This document shows, one piece after another, positions 26,773 to 36,186 of a DNA stretch of 64,000 nucleotides. Source of the DNA: Candidatus Saccharimonadales bacterium. GTDB taxonomy: Bacteria; Patescibacteriota; Saccharimonadia; Saccharimonadales; JACDFO01. The stretch lies in assembly GCA_038255465.1 (NCBI GenBank), contig JBBSLJ010000004.1, positions 6-64,005 of the forward strand. Reading direction: 5' to 3'. Positions within the stretch are counted from its first letter, which is position 1; each line of letters opens with the position of its first letter. The translations under genes and the position numbers were made by a program. The notes beneath the pieces were generated by a model. It searched no databases, was not told where the DNA came from, and saw only the letters and a list, made by a program, of their open reading frames with translations.

Positions 26773-27617
26773 TGTCGCCCGAGAAATCCATCTTTAAAAA
26801 CGCCAGCAGTACTTATTACTTTAGTACTAAGTTTTTCCCAAAAAAAATCCGTCAGGATGTGTTTAGGCTCTACAGTTTTGTACGTACTGCCGACGACTAT
26901 GTTGACTCATTGCCCGCCAATAAAAAAGCTTTCAATGAGTTAAAAAATGTATGGTTGGATTCAATCAAGAACAAAAATTTCGATTCGGTTCATTATCAAA
27001 GAGATTCTCTAAACGTCCGCGTTGTTAAAAACATGGTGTATTTGGCGCGGAAATATGGATTTGATCCCAAATGGGTTGATGCTTTTTTAGCTTCAATGCA
27101 GGCTGACCTAGACAAAAAATCGTACGCAAACTTAGGCGCTATAGTGAGGTACACTTACGGCTCAGCAGAAGTTATCGGGCTTATGATGTCGAAAATTATG
27201 GGGCTTCCTGATGCGGCCATGCCCTACGCGGCCTTACAGGGCAGGGCCATGCAATGGATAAACTTTATTCGTGATATTCAGGAAGACAATCAGCTTGGAC
27301 GAAGCTATTTTCCCCAGGAAGATCTGAACAGATTCGGACTTAAGAATTTAGCCCAATCAACCGCCAAATCAAGCCCAACCGCATTGAATGATTTTATACA
27401 GTTTCAGCTTAGCTATTATCACGAGTTGCAGCAAGAAGCTGAAAAAGGCTTTACATACATCCCAAAACGCATTCGTATGCCGCTTGAGACAGCAGTAGAA
27501 AATTACAACTGGACTGCCCGCCAGATTGCCAAAAAGCCCCAAGTAATTTACCTGAAAAAAGTTAGACCACTAAAATTCAGGGTGCTAACGATAGCGTTAA
27601 GCAAAACAGCAACATAA
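26772..27617 (+). CDS. Phytoene/squalene synthase family protein
   Basis: FVRTADDYVD, YGSAEVIGLMM, NFIRDIQED motifs; start overlaps the upstream stop (TAATG). Confidence 0.85.
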   Translation: MSPEKSIFKNASSTYYFSTKFFPKKIRQDVFRLYSFVRTADDYVDSLPANKKAFNELKNVWLDSIKNKNFDSVHYQRDSLNVRVVKNMVYLARKYGFDPKWVDAFLASMQADLDKKSYANLGAIVRYTYGSAEVIGLMMSKIMGLPDAAMPYAALQGRAMQWINFIRDIQEDNQLGRSYFPQEDLNRFGLKNLAQSTAKSSPTALNDFIQFQLSYYHELQQEAEKGFTYIPKRIRMPLETAVENYNWTARQIAKKPQVIYLKKVRPLKFRVLTIALSKTAT

Positions 27618-27654
27618 TATTGCAAAATAACGTAAAATATGCTAATGTATATAT

Positions 27655-28629
27655 GTGGCACAAACACAAAAAGAATCTGGTCAAACACCCGAGTTATCTC
27701 AGCATCCTGAAACTTTTTTTGATACGCACCGCGACACGTTAGACCAAATTTTTGAAATTACAGGGTTAGGCACGGAGCAGACAGGCAGCTTAGAAGCTGT
27801 CGTTAACGCAACTCAACCATGGGTGAGAGGTGACCACGGACACGATAGCTTCCATTTCAACTTTGATGACGAGCAAAAACATTCCTTAATGCAACTTTAT
27901 GACAAGTTAGATATTGCCGAACAACGTGATTTACCAGCAGGGCATTACGACCATATTCTTATTCTTGGTGCGGTACATCTTGGAAACGACAAGCGCGTAA
28001 GTTTCTTAAAAAATATGGTCGATGCAAACGGTGTTACTGCCGATAAAATTTTCTTAATGGGCGGCGAGCGGAGTATTTTTACTAAACGGGAACCAGAAGA
28101 TGTAGTACGCAGTCTTGAGCGTCTAGAGGCAAAGGGCGAGTTAAAGGGCTGGCTGACAGAACTTATTGAAAAACCGTATATTGAAGTCAATGAAACAGAT
28201 ATGCTAAGGATTGCAATGCTCGACCGCCTTGGGCCACTTGCGTTGACAGGCAGTAGTTCAAAAAGTACCGAGAACGCACAGGCTATGCAGTATGACGAGT
28301 TTGATTGGAACGGTACGCCAGTGCTTTTGACACATACCCGCGCCGTAACGCGCAAGGACGGAGCGGCGCGTCATACCACCGAAGCTTGTATCGCGGACTG
28401 GTTCCGTACTTTTGAGCCCCAAGACACTGCACAAGTAGGGTTCATTGGCTCACAACCACACCTTGATCGCATGATCCGGGCCGCCGAACGAAAATTGCGA
28501 AGCCTTGGTAGTAACCTGCATTTTATTGCAGGTGGCCCGGGAGTGTCGCCTGAAACGGGGCACACTATCTACTTGGGTGAAGTTGCACGGCAGCTCTACG
28601 AGGACCTGCAACTACAAAAAAGTAACTAA
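27655..28629 (+). CDS. Hypothetical protein, possibly DUF218/YdcF-like fold
   Basis: ILILGAV...IFLMGGE and HTTEACIADW...GFIGSQPHLDRMIRAA loosely match the DUF218 pattern; weak call. Confidence 0.55.
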   Translation: MAQTQKESGQTPELSQHPETFFDTHRDTLDQIFEITGLGTEQTGSLEAVVNATQPWVRGDHGHDSFHFNFDDEQKHSLMQLYDKLDIAEQRDLPAGHYDHILILGAVHLGNDKRVSFLKNMVDANGVTADKIFLMGGERSIFTKREPEDVVRSLERLEAKGELKGWLTELIEKPYIEVNETDMLRIAMLDRLGPLALTGSSSKSTENAQAMQYDEFDWNGTPVLLTHTRAVTRKDGAARHTTEACIADWFRTFEPQDTAQVGFIGSQPHLDRMIRAAERKLRSLGSNLHFIAGGPGVSPETGHTIYLGEVARQLYEDLQLQKSN

Positions 28630-29435
28630 AGCTTGGGTTTATTTACGCCAGGCAACATGGCATGTTGGGGCAAGGATCTATACCATTGCTGGGCGCGTTG
28701 GCCATTTTCCATAATTTTAAAGAGCTGGACAAATGCGTCAGCAATCGGCTTGCTTTGAATGACCACCCCCATTGCTTCACTGCCGTAAGCAATTATGTAG
28801 AGCTTGTCCTCGAAAGATCCCCATTCAACCGGTGCCTCATAATCGCGTTGTCGTAGCCACGTGCGCTGCAAATAAACAGTAGGATCAAATGTCTCATAAT
28901 CACTTGTGGCGATATCAGTGTCTGGTGTCAGTGCATGGCGCCAAACTTTATTGTTCACCGCAAGCATACGCAAATTATGCATATTTCTGGGCGAATAAAA
29001 ATCATCACCGGCGCGGGTATGTACAAAGTGTATATCCGTCTGTGACCTGGCGAGTTGTTCAAAGATACGGGTAATCTGGTCTAGCCCGTGGAAATATTCA
29101 ACGCCCGGCTGTTCGTGAACTTTGATGTAATCGTGCATAAGATTCTCAACGCTAAGCGCGAGATCTTTTTCTGCCTGAAACTGTGACTCTTTGCGAATGC
29201 GGGCTAATTCCGTCAGCCGGGCAGGGTTGTTGGCTCGATAATGAAAAACCTTGGCCTTATCAAATTTTTCCGCAAGCCCTGCGTCAACCAGTTTGTCAAG
29301 AATTTTGTACATATTTGTGCGCGTCTCTCCGACAGCTTTTGCAAGTTCACTCGGTTTCCAGGCTGATTTGCTAAGGAGCGTTGTATAGGTCTTGGCCTCT
29401 GTTTCATTCAAGCCTGAGGCCGTAAGGTTGATCAT
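28626..29435 (-). CDS. TrmB-family transcriptional regulator (paralogue of 1795-2571)
   Basis: LNETEAKTYTTLLSKSAWKPSELAKAVGETRTNMYKILDKLVDAGL; ATG 29435 chosen from promoter geometry. Confidence 0.8.
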   Translation of the reverse strand: MINLTASGLNETEAKTYTTLLSKSAWKPSELAKAVGETRTNMYKILDKLVDAGLAEKFDKAKVFHYRANNPARLTELARIRKESQFQAEKDLALSVENLMHDYIKVHEQPGVEYFHGLDQITRIFEQLARSQTDIHFVHTRAGDDFYSPRNMHNLRMLAVNNKVWRHALTPDTDIATSDYETFDPTVYLQRTWLRQRDYEAPVEWGSFEDKLYIIAYGSEAMGVVIQSKPIADAFVQLFKIMENGQRAQQWYRSLPQHAMLPGVNKPKL

Positions 29436-29441
29436 GTTGCT

Positions 29442-29482
29442 AGTATAGCATAAATTACTTATATTGTGAATATTAAATTCAC
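29442..29482 (-). promoter_or_regulatory. Promoter TTCACA-17-TATACT with palindrome GTGAAT-N5-ATTCAC over the -35 box; leaderless start
   Basis: Minus strand: TTCACA (29470-29465), TATACT (29447-29442), ATG 6 nt downstream; palindrome at 29466-29482. Confidence 0.55.
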
Positions 29483-29530
29483 GAATCAATTCATACAGGA
29501 GTATAATTAGCCAATGACTGTGAAGTTATA

Positions 29531-29559
29531 TTGACATTAAGATGTTTTTGCAATATAAT
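29531..29559 (+). promoter_or_regulatory. Consensus promoter TTGACA-17-TATAAT for 29616-30614
   Basis: TTGACA 29531-29536, 17-nt spacer, TATAAT 29554-29559; GAGGAG SD at about 29601. Confidence 0.75.
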
Positions 29560-29615
29560 AATCGCTTAGCATAATAATTGAGCTAAAAGACGAATACTAA
29601 GAGGAGTTATAGATA

Positions 29616-30614
29616 ATGAGTGAACAAGAGAATCAAATAGAAGCAGTAATTCAAGAGCAAGGTCCTGAGGCTTATTTGGCAGAGCGTCAGGCATGGGTAC
29701 GCGAAGCAATCGAAATTATTACCGGAGATCCTACTAGCGATCCAAACGAAGTCCTTCCATCTGCGGGTCAGGTCAGGGCAGATAGCCCCGGGCTTACTTT
29801 AAGCCAGGAGCAGGAACACGGTTTACGTGAAGTTGCTGGGCGGTTTGGTATTGGGGGAGAAGTTGATGTTACCAGCGGAGCAGCCTGTCAGATTCTTGAG
29901 GGTGGAAAGCCTTGGAAGATTGAAGCAGAAGCGGCTATAGCAGGTGACGCCGCAACAATCATTTTCTCTGCCTCGAACATGCGCCGCGCTGGCAAAGGAA
30001 TAGATGCGCCGCATCTTGGCCAAGACGAGGTCGATTACATGCAAGGAAAGTACGGCGTTGATTTAACCGGTAAAACTGAATACGACATGGCCCGTGTTAT
30101 TGCTGAATCACAAGAAGGCTATATGGCTCTTGAGCAAGACGAAGTATTGCCGTTTGGTTACGATATACACAATAATCCTGCGTTTGTAACAGAACCTACT
30201 GGCCAGCTGGTAAAAATCGGAACAGCCCGTGGCAAAGACGTTTTATTGCTTAGAGTAGACCGTGAAGACTTCGTAAAAGACGATGGTATAACGTTAGGAT
30301 ACCGAAAACAACCTAAAACTGCTGAACTTATGAGCGTTGTTGCTGATGTCCTCACTGCCTGTGGTGACACCACCTCAGACATCGGATTCAATACAAGCAA
30401 CACCTATGTATCACGCGCTATTGATGTTTTCCGCGCCGGCTTAATGCACGGTAATGGCCACGGTTTTTCCGTTGGTATGTATGGCCGTGGAACACTGGCA
30501 GAAACTAAAGGAACGCCGGCCGCGGAACCAACCGCTATTAATCAGATTCCAGGCGAGCTTCACGTAATTTACTCAAATCTTGAGAAGCTAAAAGCCGAGC
30601 TTGAAAGCGAATAA
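29616..30614 (+). CDS. Hypothetical protein, possible distant paralogue of 27655-28629
   Basis: Similar length and similar placement of ILEGG / IIFSAS / NTSNTYVSRAIDVFRAG blocks; weak. Confidence 0.55.
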   Translation: MSEQENQIEAVIQEQGPEAYLAERQAWVREAIEIITGDPTSDPNEVLPSAGQVRADSPGLTLSQEQEHGLREVAGRFGIGGEVDVTSGAACQILEGGKPWKIEAEAAIAGDAATIIFSASNMRRAGKGIDAPHLGQDEVDYMQGKYGVDLTGKTEYDMARVIAESQEGYMALEQDEVLPFGYDIHNNPAFVTEPTGQLVKIGTARGKDVLLLRVDREDFVKDDGITLGYRKQPKTAELMSVVADVLTACGDTTSDIGFNTSNTYVSRAIDVFRAGLMHGNGHGFSVGMYGRGTLAETKGTPAAEPTAINQIPGELHVIYSNLEKLKAELESE

Positions 30615-30656
30615 ATAATTCGGTGATCACGCTTGCGACTCACCCGCGATTCTAAT

Positions 30657-32057
30657 TTAATGAGGTGCGACGTTTTTGAGCAGTTCGACAATGTGTTCGC
30701 GGGTATGGTGTCGGTCAGCGTAGGTCTTTAGCTCGTGCACTGCGCAAAAAGTCAGGCTTGCGCCGATGGCCAGCATGGCGCCTCCAAGGAGTACTGGACC
30801 AGTGGTATATGCAGCAATGAGCACCAGCAGAAGGCCACTTGAACATGCTAGCAAAAACAACGGGTTGTAAGCAGGTTTGAATACAAGCTTGCCACTAGTT
30901 CGGCTAGCTATAAGCTGGGCTAGTAAACATAAACCAAGTGTTAAAACGCCTACGGCTGACATCGATGATTCTACGAGCAATTGATTAGTAACATTGAGTG
31001 AGCTAACGGAGTAACGGTATAGCAAGACTGCCCCAAAACTTATCACGGCAATCAGAATACTGGCCCATAGCAGGCTGGCAAATGGTTGTTTTCGGGATAC
31101 TTTTGGTGGGCGGTCCCAACTGTAAACTGCTAAAAGTAGTGGAGATAAAAAGAGGCTGAAGACAATTAAGTGTACGGCCTGCATGACAGGCGCTTGATTG
31201 AACACTTGAGCAAAAATAGCCGATAAGCCTGCATAAAATACCAGACTCAGAGTGATAACAACTTGAGCAGCTGTGGCTCGTCTTACGGCCTCGGCCGGCG
31301 CAATAACTACTTGTTGGTCTTCGCCAAGGCTGCCAGTTACACCAATCGCGCCAAGTAACGTACAGTTTTTAGCCAGGTCGCTGATTGTCATCTGTGCTGG
31401 GTCGGCACTAGGCGGTAGGGGTGCGTAAGCCAAGGCAATTGGTAGCAACTGCTGTCGTTTCCAGCCGGCGGCCGTCTGCGCAAAGCGCTCGTGGTCTGTT
31501 TTTGTCATAGTTCTAATGTGACCGAGATCCCAGACGTCAGTTGTAAGCGCGGTGAGCTCTTTGACATCTCCGTATAAAAAGATGACCGGCTGGTTGTCGC
31601 CATACCAACCCGTGTAGGCAGCGATTGACGGAGAATCATGCAATAGGCCATATGTATGCCAGGCTGCCGCGCTGCTGCCTGGTGCCAAGAACTTATCATG
31701 GCAAACCAGGTTGCTGGCAATGGCAAATAGGTCGGCGTGATCATGCATCACATGATCTTTTGGGCTGAGATATCCTTTTTTACCAATCAAAAACCGTGTC
31801 AGTCGTAATTGTTTGCGGGAAAGACTCATCCCGAGTGTTATTCGTTGCGATGCAACTCCGAAGGGTATTCCAGCGAATAGGGTACTTATCGCAAGAACAA
31901 TGACTGTAGTGTTAGTTGGATCTGTTGCGAGGACAATGACGGCTGCGGCTGCGGCAACAGCAAAAGAGTACACCAGTAGCTTTTTGGCTTCTTGTCGGCC
32001 CGTCGCAGTACCGCTTATCTGTTCAAGCACATATTGGTGCACCTGTTGTTTATTCAT
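30657..32057 (-). CDS. Degenerate P-type-ATPase-like membrane protein (no phosphorylation site, no A domain)
   Basis: AGIPFGVASQRITLGMSLSRKQLRLTRFL aligns to the M4 PEGL region, GKKGYLS sits where DKTGTLT should be, C-terminal TM block resembles M5-M10; ATG 32057 preferred. Confidence 0.6.
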   Translation of the reverse strand: MNKQQVHQYVLEQISGTATGRQEAKKLLVYSFAVAAAAAVIVLATDPTNTTVIVLAISTLFAGIPFGVASQRITLGMSLSRKQLRLTRFLIGKKGYLSPKDHVMHDHADLFAIASNLVCHDKFLAPGSSAAAWHTYGLLHDSPSIAAYTGWYGDNQPVIFLYGDVKELTALTTDVWDLGHIRTMTKTDHERFAQTAAGWKRQQLLPIALAYAPLPPSADPAQMTISDLAKNCTLLGAIGVTGSLGEDQQVVIAPAEAVRRATAAQVVITLSLVFYAGLSAIFAQVFNQAPVMQAVHLIVFSLFLSPLLLAVYSWDRPPKVSRKQPFASLLWASILIAVISFGAVLLYRYSVSSLNVTNQLLVESSMSAVGVLTLGLCLLAQLIASRTSGKLVFKPAYNPLFLLACSSGLLLVLIAAYTTGPVLLGGAMLAIGASLTFCAVHELKTYADRHHTREHIVELLKNVAPH

Positions 32058-32205
32058 AGACACCCACTCATCTTGATTACTAGTATACGATAAGAGCCGG
32101 TGTCCAAATAATAGTTTGACATAAGCATAATTATATGATACTGTCATATGAGGTTCCAAAGACTAAAATTCCTCCTAAAATAATCAATTCAACGGGGAGA
32201 TCTGT

Positions 32206-32886
32206 ATGACAAATATGGGACCAATGCAGCCTGAACTACCGCAAACTTTATTAACGCTCGAAGAAAAAGACTACAGAGAAGAGCTATTTTTACTTGGTGA
32301 GCAACGCTTACAAAATGCTCCCCAACACTTTCTGGATCTTGATGTAGAGGCTGATGGAAAACCAGGCTACGGCTCGTTACTAAGTATTGGCTGCGTGTCG
32401 CCCTGGGGTGACACTTTCTACCGAGAACTTAAGCCAACCAGCTCGGTGTGGATTGATTCCATGAAGCGGTTCTGCGAAGACCATAACTTAAAAAGAGAAC
32501 GGCTCTTAGATGAGGGCATGGAGCCAGCAGAAGCCTTAGGCGAGCTGTTTGACTGGCAGGGTGACATAAAACGCCGTCAAGGCAAATTAAAAACGGTGGT
32601 TGTGGCGTTCAATGCAGGCTTTGACTATCCGTGGATTGATCTTGAGGCTATAAAGGCAGGTATGCCAAAGGAAATAGGTGTCGCTGGCTACTGCATAAAA
32701 AGCCTGGCCATGGCGCTTTCCGAAAACTACGACTGGCGAGATACTCAAAAAGCGATGCTCCCCAAAATTATCGTGCCAGATGGTGAGTTGACACATAACG
32801 CACTAGAGGACGCGGTATATCAGCAAAAACTTCACTTCGGTCTTGCTGCGCTGCTTTATAAGACGAGGGCTAGCCGCACCGTCTAA
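32206..32886 (+). CDS. DEDDh-type 3'-5' exonuclease (DnaQ-like fold)
   Basis: LDLDVEADG (Exo I), FNAGFDYPW (Exo II), HNALEDAVYQ (Exo III, H-x4-D). Confidence 0.75.
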   Translation: MTNMGPMQPELPQTLLTLEEKDYREELFLLGEQRLQNAPQHFLDLDVEADGKPGYGSLLSIGCVSPWGDTFYRELKPTSSVWIDSMKRFCEDHNLKRERLLDEGMEPAEALGELFDWQGDIKRRQGKLKTVVVAFNAGFDYPWIDLEAIKAGMPKEIGVAGYCIKSLAMALSENYDWRDTQKAMLPKIIVPDGELTHNALEDAVYQQKLHFGLAALLYKTRASRTV

Positions 32887-32945
32887 CGAAATGCACCAAC
32901 CATAAGTAGTTTTATATCTGTTACAACAGCGTATACTGTTAGGTA

Positions 32946-35603
32946 ATGACAGACGCTAAAAGTCCGAAGAAGTTGGCAATTATCGATGGTAAAAGTGTCT
33001 TTTACCGTGGCTATTACGCCATGCCGAATTTAAGCACCAAGGATGGCACCCCAACCGGAGGAGTCTATGGGTTTGCCGTCATGGCGCTCGAGGTCATAAA
33101 ACGGCTCAAGCCGGATTATGTGTGTGTCGCCTGGGACAAACCAAAGACCAATATTCGCAGGCGTCTCGAGCTTTATCCGGAATACAAAGCCGGCCGCAAA
33201 CCACCTCCGCCGGATTTTTATGAGCAGATCCCCAAATTGCACGAGTTGCTTCAGGCATTTGGTTGGCCACTTTATGAATTAGACGATTTTGAAGCCGACG
33301 ATATTATGGGTACGCTTGCCGTACAGGCAACCGAAAAAGGTATCGAGACGCTACTTATCACCTCAGATTTAGACATGCTACAACTGGTCAATCCGCTGGT
33401 TCATGTGTACGCGCTCAAGAAGGGCCTGAGTAACATTGAGCTGTTTAGACCCGAGACATTTATTATGAAATACGGCATTAAGCCAGAGCAGTTTCTGGAT
33501 TTAAAAGCGCTCAAGGGCGATAGCTCGGACAACATCCCGGGCGTACCAGGAATAGGTGAAAAGGGTGCCACCGAACTGATACAAGCGCATCACACACTCG
33601 ATGGCGTTTACGATAACCTAGCATTACTCAAAGAATCCACCCGGAAAAAACTCGAAGCCGGCAAAGACCTTGCTTACTTGAGTAAAGAACTGGCTGACAT
33701 CTGGACAAATGCGCCGATTACACTTGATCTTCAGGAAGTTGACGGTAGCAAATGTAACCCGGACGAAGTGCGTGATGTCCTGCAGAAGCTCGAATTCCGC
33801 ACGCTTGTTCGCCAGCTACCCGAGGCTATGCAGGTGCAGGAACACCACAAGCCAGGTATCAGAGAACAGGTAGCTGATATCAGACCAGGCAAAACAATCA
33901 TTATTACTAACGATAAAGAGTTACAAAAGTTACTACTGGATAAGGCGAAACACTTGTTTATACATTCCCGCAGTGCCGGCAAGCACGGTAGGAGGGCTGA
34001 ACAACTTATTATAAGTATTGATGGTTCAGAGACGTATGTTATTGATCTCACTAAGGTTACAAAGAAAGCGCTCACTGCTCACTTCTCATCGCTCAAAGCT
34101 CCGCTGGTGGGCTATGACCTTAAATCGACCTTAAAAGTGTTTATTGAGCTAGGATTACCACTCCCAAAAATTGAACATGATGTGTTGGTTGGTTCGTTTT
34201 TGCTAAACAGCCTCAGGCGTGAGCAGACTTTAAGTGAGCTGGCTGTTGCAGACGTAGATTATGATGGGCCATCACTGGAGGATCTGCCAACTGGTGAGCT
34301 AATAGAGCGGGCAGCCGAGTTTGTGGCAGTCTTGCGTGCGCTGCATGAACAACAGGCCAGGGAGATCGCAGATACGCCCAAACTCTCAGAACTTGCAGTC
34401 ACAATAGAATGGCCGGTTATTCCCGTGCTGGCTCGAATGGAACACACGGGCATTAAACTCGACAGTGACTACTTAGAAAAAATGTCAGTGGAACTTGCCG
34501 ATCAAATTAGTGATGTCGAACAGCAAATTTATGGTTATGCCGACACAGAATTTAATGTTTCAAGCCCCAGCCAATTGGCAGAAATTCTATTTGATAAACT
34601 GCAGCTCGCAACCCAGGGACTCAAAAAAGGTAAAACAGGTTACTCTACCGCCGCGACGGAGCTTGATAAGCTTCGCGGCAGCCACCCGATCATTGATCTA
34701 ATAACGCAGTACCGCGAGTACACCAAACTTAAAAGTACCTATGTAGATGCGTTGCCAAAACAGGTTGACGAACAATCACGATTGCACACTACCTTTGCAT
34801 TAACGGTGGCACAAACGGGTCGCTTGAGCAGTAACGACCCGAACTTGCAGAACATCCCAGTCCGTACCGAACTTGGCAAGCGCATCAGGACGGCCTTTAT
34901 TGCCGATGAAGGTAATTTACTCGTCAGTGCCGACTATTCACAGTTTGAGCTGCGTCTAGCCGCCTACTTGTGTGACGATAAAGACCTGATAGATATGTTC
35001 AACAAAGACGTTGATGTGCACGTAGTAACCGCCGCCGAAATTTACGACCGCGAGCCCGAAGACGTCACTAAAAACATGCGACGCGACGCAAAAGTTGTTA
35101 ACTTCGGCGTCATGTACGGACTAAGTACGCACGGTCTAGTGCAGGCAACAGGGATGTCATACGAGCAGGCTCAGCATTTTATTAAGCGGTACTTTGAAGT
35201 GCGGCCGCATCTGAAAGCGTATATTGATTCGGTAAAAGAAAGTGCCGACAAAGACGGTTTTGTAACCAATATTTTTGGTCGCCGCCGACCTACACCGGAT
35301 GTGCATTCGTCTAACTTTGCGGTTCGCGAGTCAGGTATCCGGGCTGCTGTTAATATGCCGTTTCAAGGCAGTGCGGCCGATATTATGAAGCTAGCTATGA
35401 GCAAACTTCAGGATGGGCTCGATAAAACACATAAAGATGCAAAAATCCTGCTTCAGATTCACGACTCCTTAATTGTCGAATGCCCGGCAGAGCAAGCTGA
35501 AGCTGTTGCAGATCTAGTAAGGGCTACTATGGAAAATACGTATAAGCTTCCGGTTAAACTAACCGTCGACACCACCACGGGCAAAAACTGGGGCGAACTC
35601 TAA
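32946..35603 (+). CDS. polA: DNA polymerase I
   Basis: 5' nuclease domain, motif A LVSADYSQFELRLAA, motif B RRDAKVVNFGVMYG, motif C LQIHDSLIVE; the central exonuclease-like domain lacks DxE. Confidence 0.97.
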   Translation: MTDAKSPKKLAIIDGKSVFYRGYYAMPNLSTKDGTPTGGVYGFAVMALEVIKRLKPDYVCVAWDKPKTNIRRRLELYPEYKAGRKPPPPDFYEQIPKLHELLQAFGWPLYELDDFEADDIMGTLAVQATEKGIETLLITSDLDMLQLVNPLVHVYALKKGLSNIELFRPETFIMKYGIKPEQFLDLKALKGDSSDNIPGVPGIGEKGATELIQAHHTLDGVYDNLALLKESTRKKLEAGKDLAYLSKELADIWTNAPITLDLQEVDGSKCNPDEVRDVLQKLEFRTLVRQLPEAMQVQEHHKPGIREQVADIRPGKTIIITNDKELQKLLLDKAKHLFIHSRSAGKHGRRAEQLIISIDGSETYVIDLTKVTKKALTAHFSSLKAPLVGYDLKSTLKVFIELGLPLPKIEHDVLVGSFLLNSLRREQTLSELAVADVDYDGPSLEDLPTGELIERAAEFVAVLRALHEQQAREIADTPKLSELAVTIEWPVIPVLARMEHTGIKLDSDYLEKMSVELADQISDVEQQIYGYADTEFNVSSPSQLAEILFDKLQLATQGLKKGKTGYSTAATELDKLRGSHPIIDLITQYREYTKLKSTYVDALPKQVDEQSRLHTTFALTVAQTGRLSSNDPNLQNIPVRTELGKRIRTAFIADEGNLLVSADYSQFELRLAAYLCDDKDLIDMFNKDVDVHVVTAAEIYDREPEDVTKNMRRDAKVVNFGVMYGLSTHGLVQATGMSYEQAQHFIKRYFEVRPHLKAYIDSVKESADKDGFVTNIFGRRRPTPDVHSSNFAVRESGIRAAVNMPFQGSAADIMKLAMSKLQDGLDKTHKDAKILLQIHDSLIVECPAEQAEAVADLVRATMENTYKLPVKLTVDTTTGKNWGEL

Positions 35604-35604
35604 A

Positions 35605-35678
35605 CCATGAGACAAACCTTGGGTTTTTCTCATCGCGCGGGGCTTTGGCTGAGCCAAAGTCTCCGGCTGCTCTTTTCC
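35605..35678 (+). repeat. Repeat family 1, copy B
   Basis: CCATGAGACAAACCTTGGGTTTTTCTCATCGCGCGGGGCTTTGGCTGAGCCAAAGTCTCCGGCTGCTCTTTTCC; starts 2 nt after the polA stop. Confidence 0.85.
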
Positions 35679-35697
35679 TTAAAAGAGGGGGGCTTTT

Positions 35698-36150
35698 GTG
35701 GAACAATTCGTTAGAGATAACCTAGCGAGGCATAAGCAGTTTGCTTTGGCGACGGTCGATGAAACAGGGAAGCCCTGGGTTGTATGTTTAAATCTCGCGT
35801 ATGATGAAAAGTTTAATTTCATCTGGAAATCATCCAAAGAAACCGAGCATTCAAAACATATTGCCGCAAACCCAAATGTAGCAATCTGTGTATTCAGCGA
35901 AACAGAAGAAGTTGGTGATTTTGGCTTCTACACTAAAGCACTAGCGCATGAAGTAGTCGACGGTGAAGAGCTAGTGAGGCTGATTGATCTTAGATTTACA
36001 CAGGCCGGTAAACCAACGCCTGAGCTATCGGAGGTGTCTGGTGACTCGCTAATGCGTTTATATTATGCAGAGATAGACGAAGCTTGGGTTAACGATAACC
36101 GCCACCTAAAGATTGCAGTAAACCTTGACGAGCTCAGGAGGGATCGATGA
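35698..36150 (+). CDS. Pyridoxamine 5'-phosphate oxidase-family (FMN-binding split barrel) protein
   Basis: FALATVDETGKPWVVCLNLAYDE...NPNVAICVF pattern; GTG start after a G-rich SD. Confidence 0.7.
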   Translation: MEQFVRDNLARHKQFALATVDETGKPWVVCLNLAYDEKFNFIWKSSKETEHSKHIAANPNVAICVFSETEEVGDFGFYTKALAHEVVDGEELVRLIDLRFTQAGKPTPELSEVSGDSLMRLYYAEIDEAWVNDNRHLKIAVNLDELRRDR

Positions 36151-36186
36151 AAATCCACCCCTTACAGAACCATACATTTGAATTAA

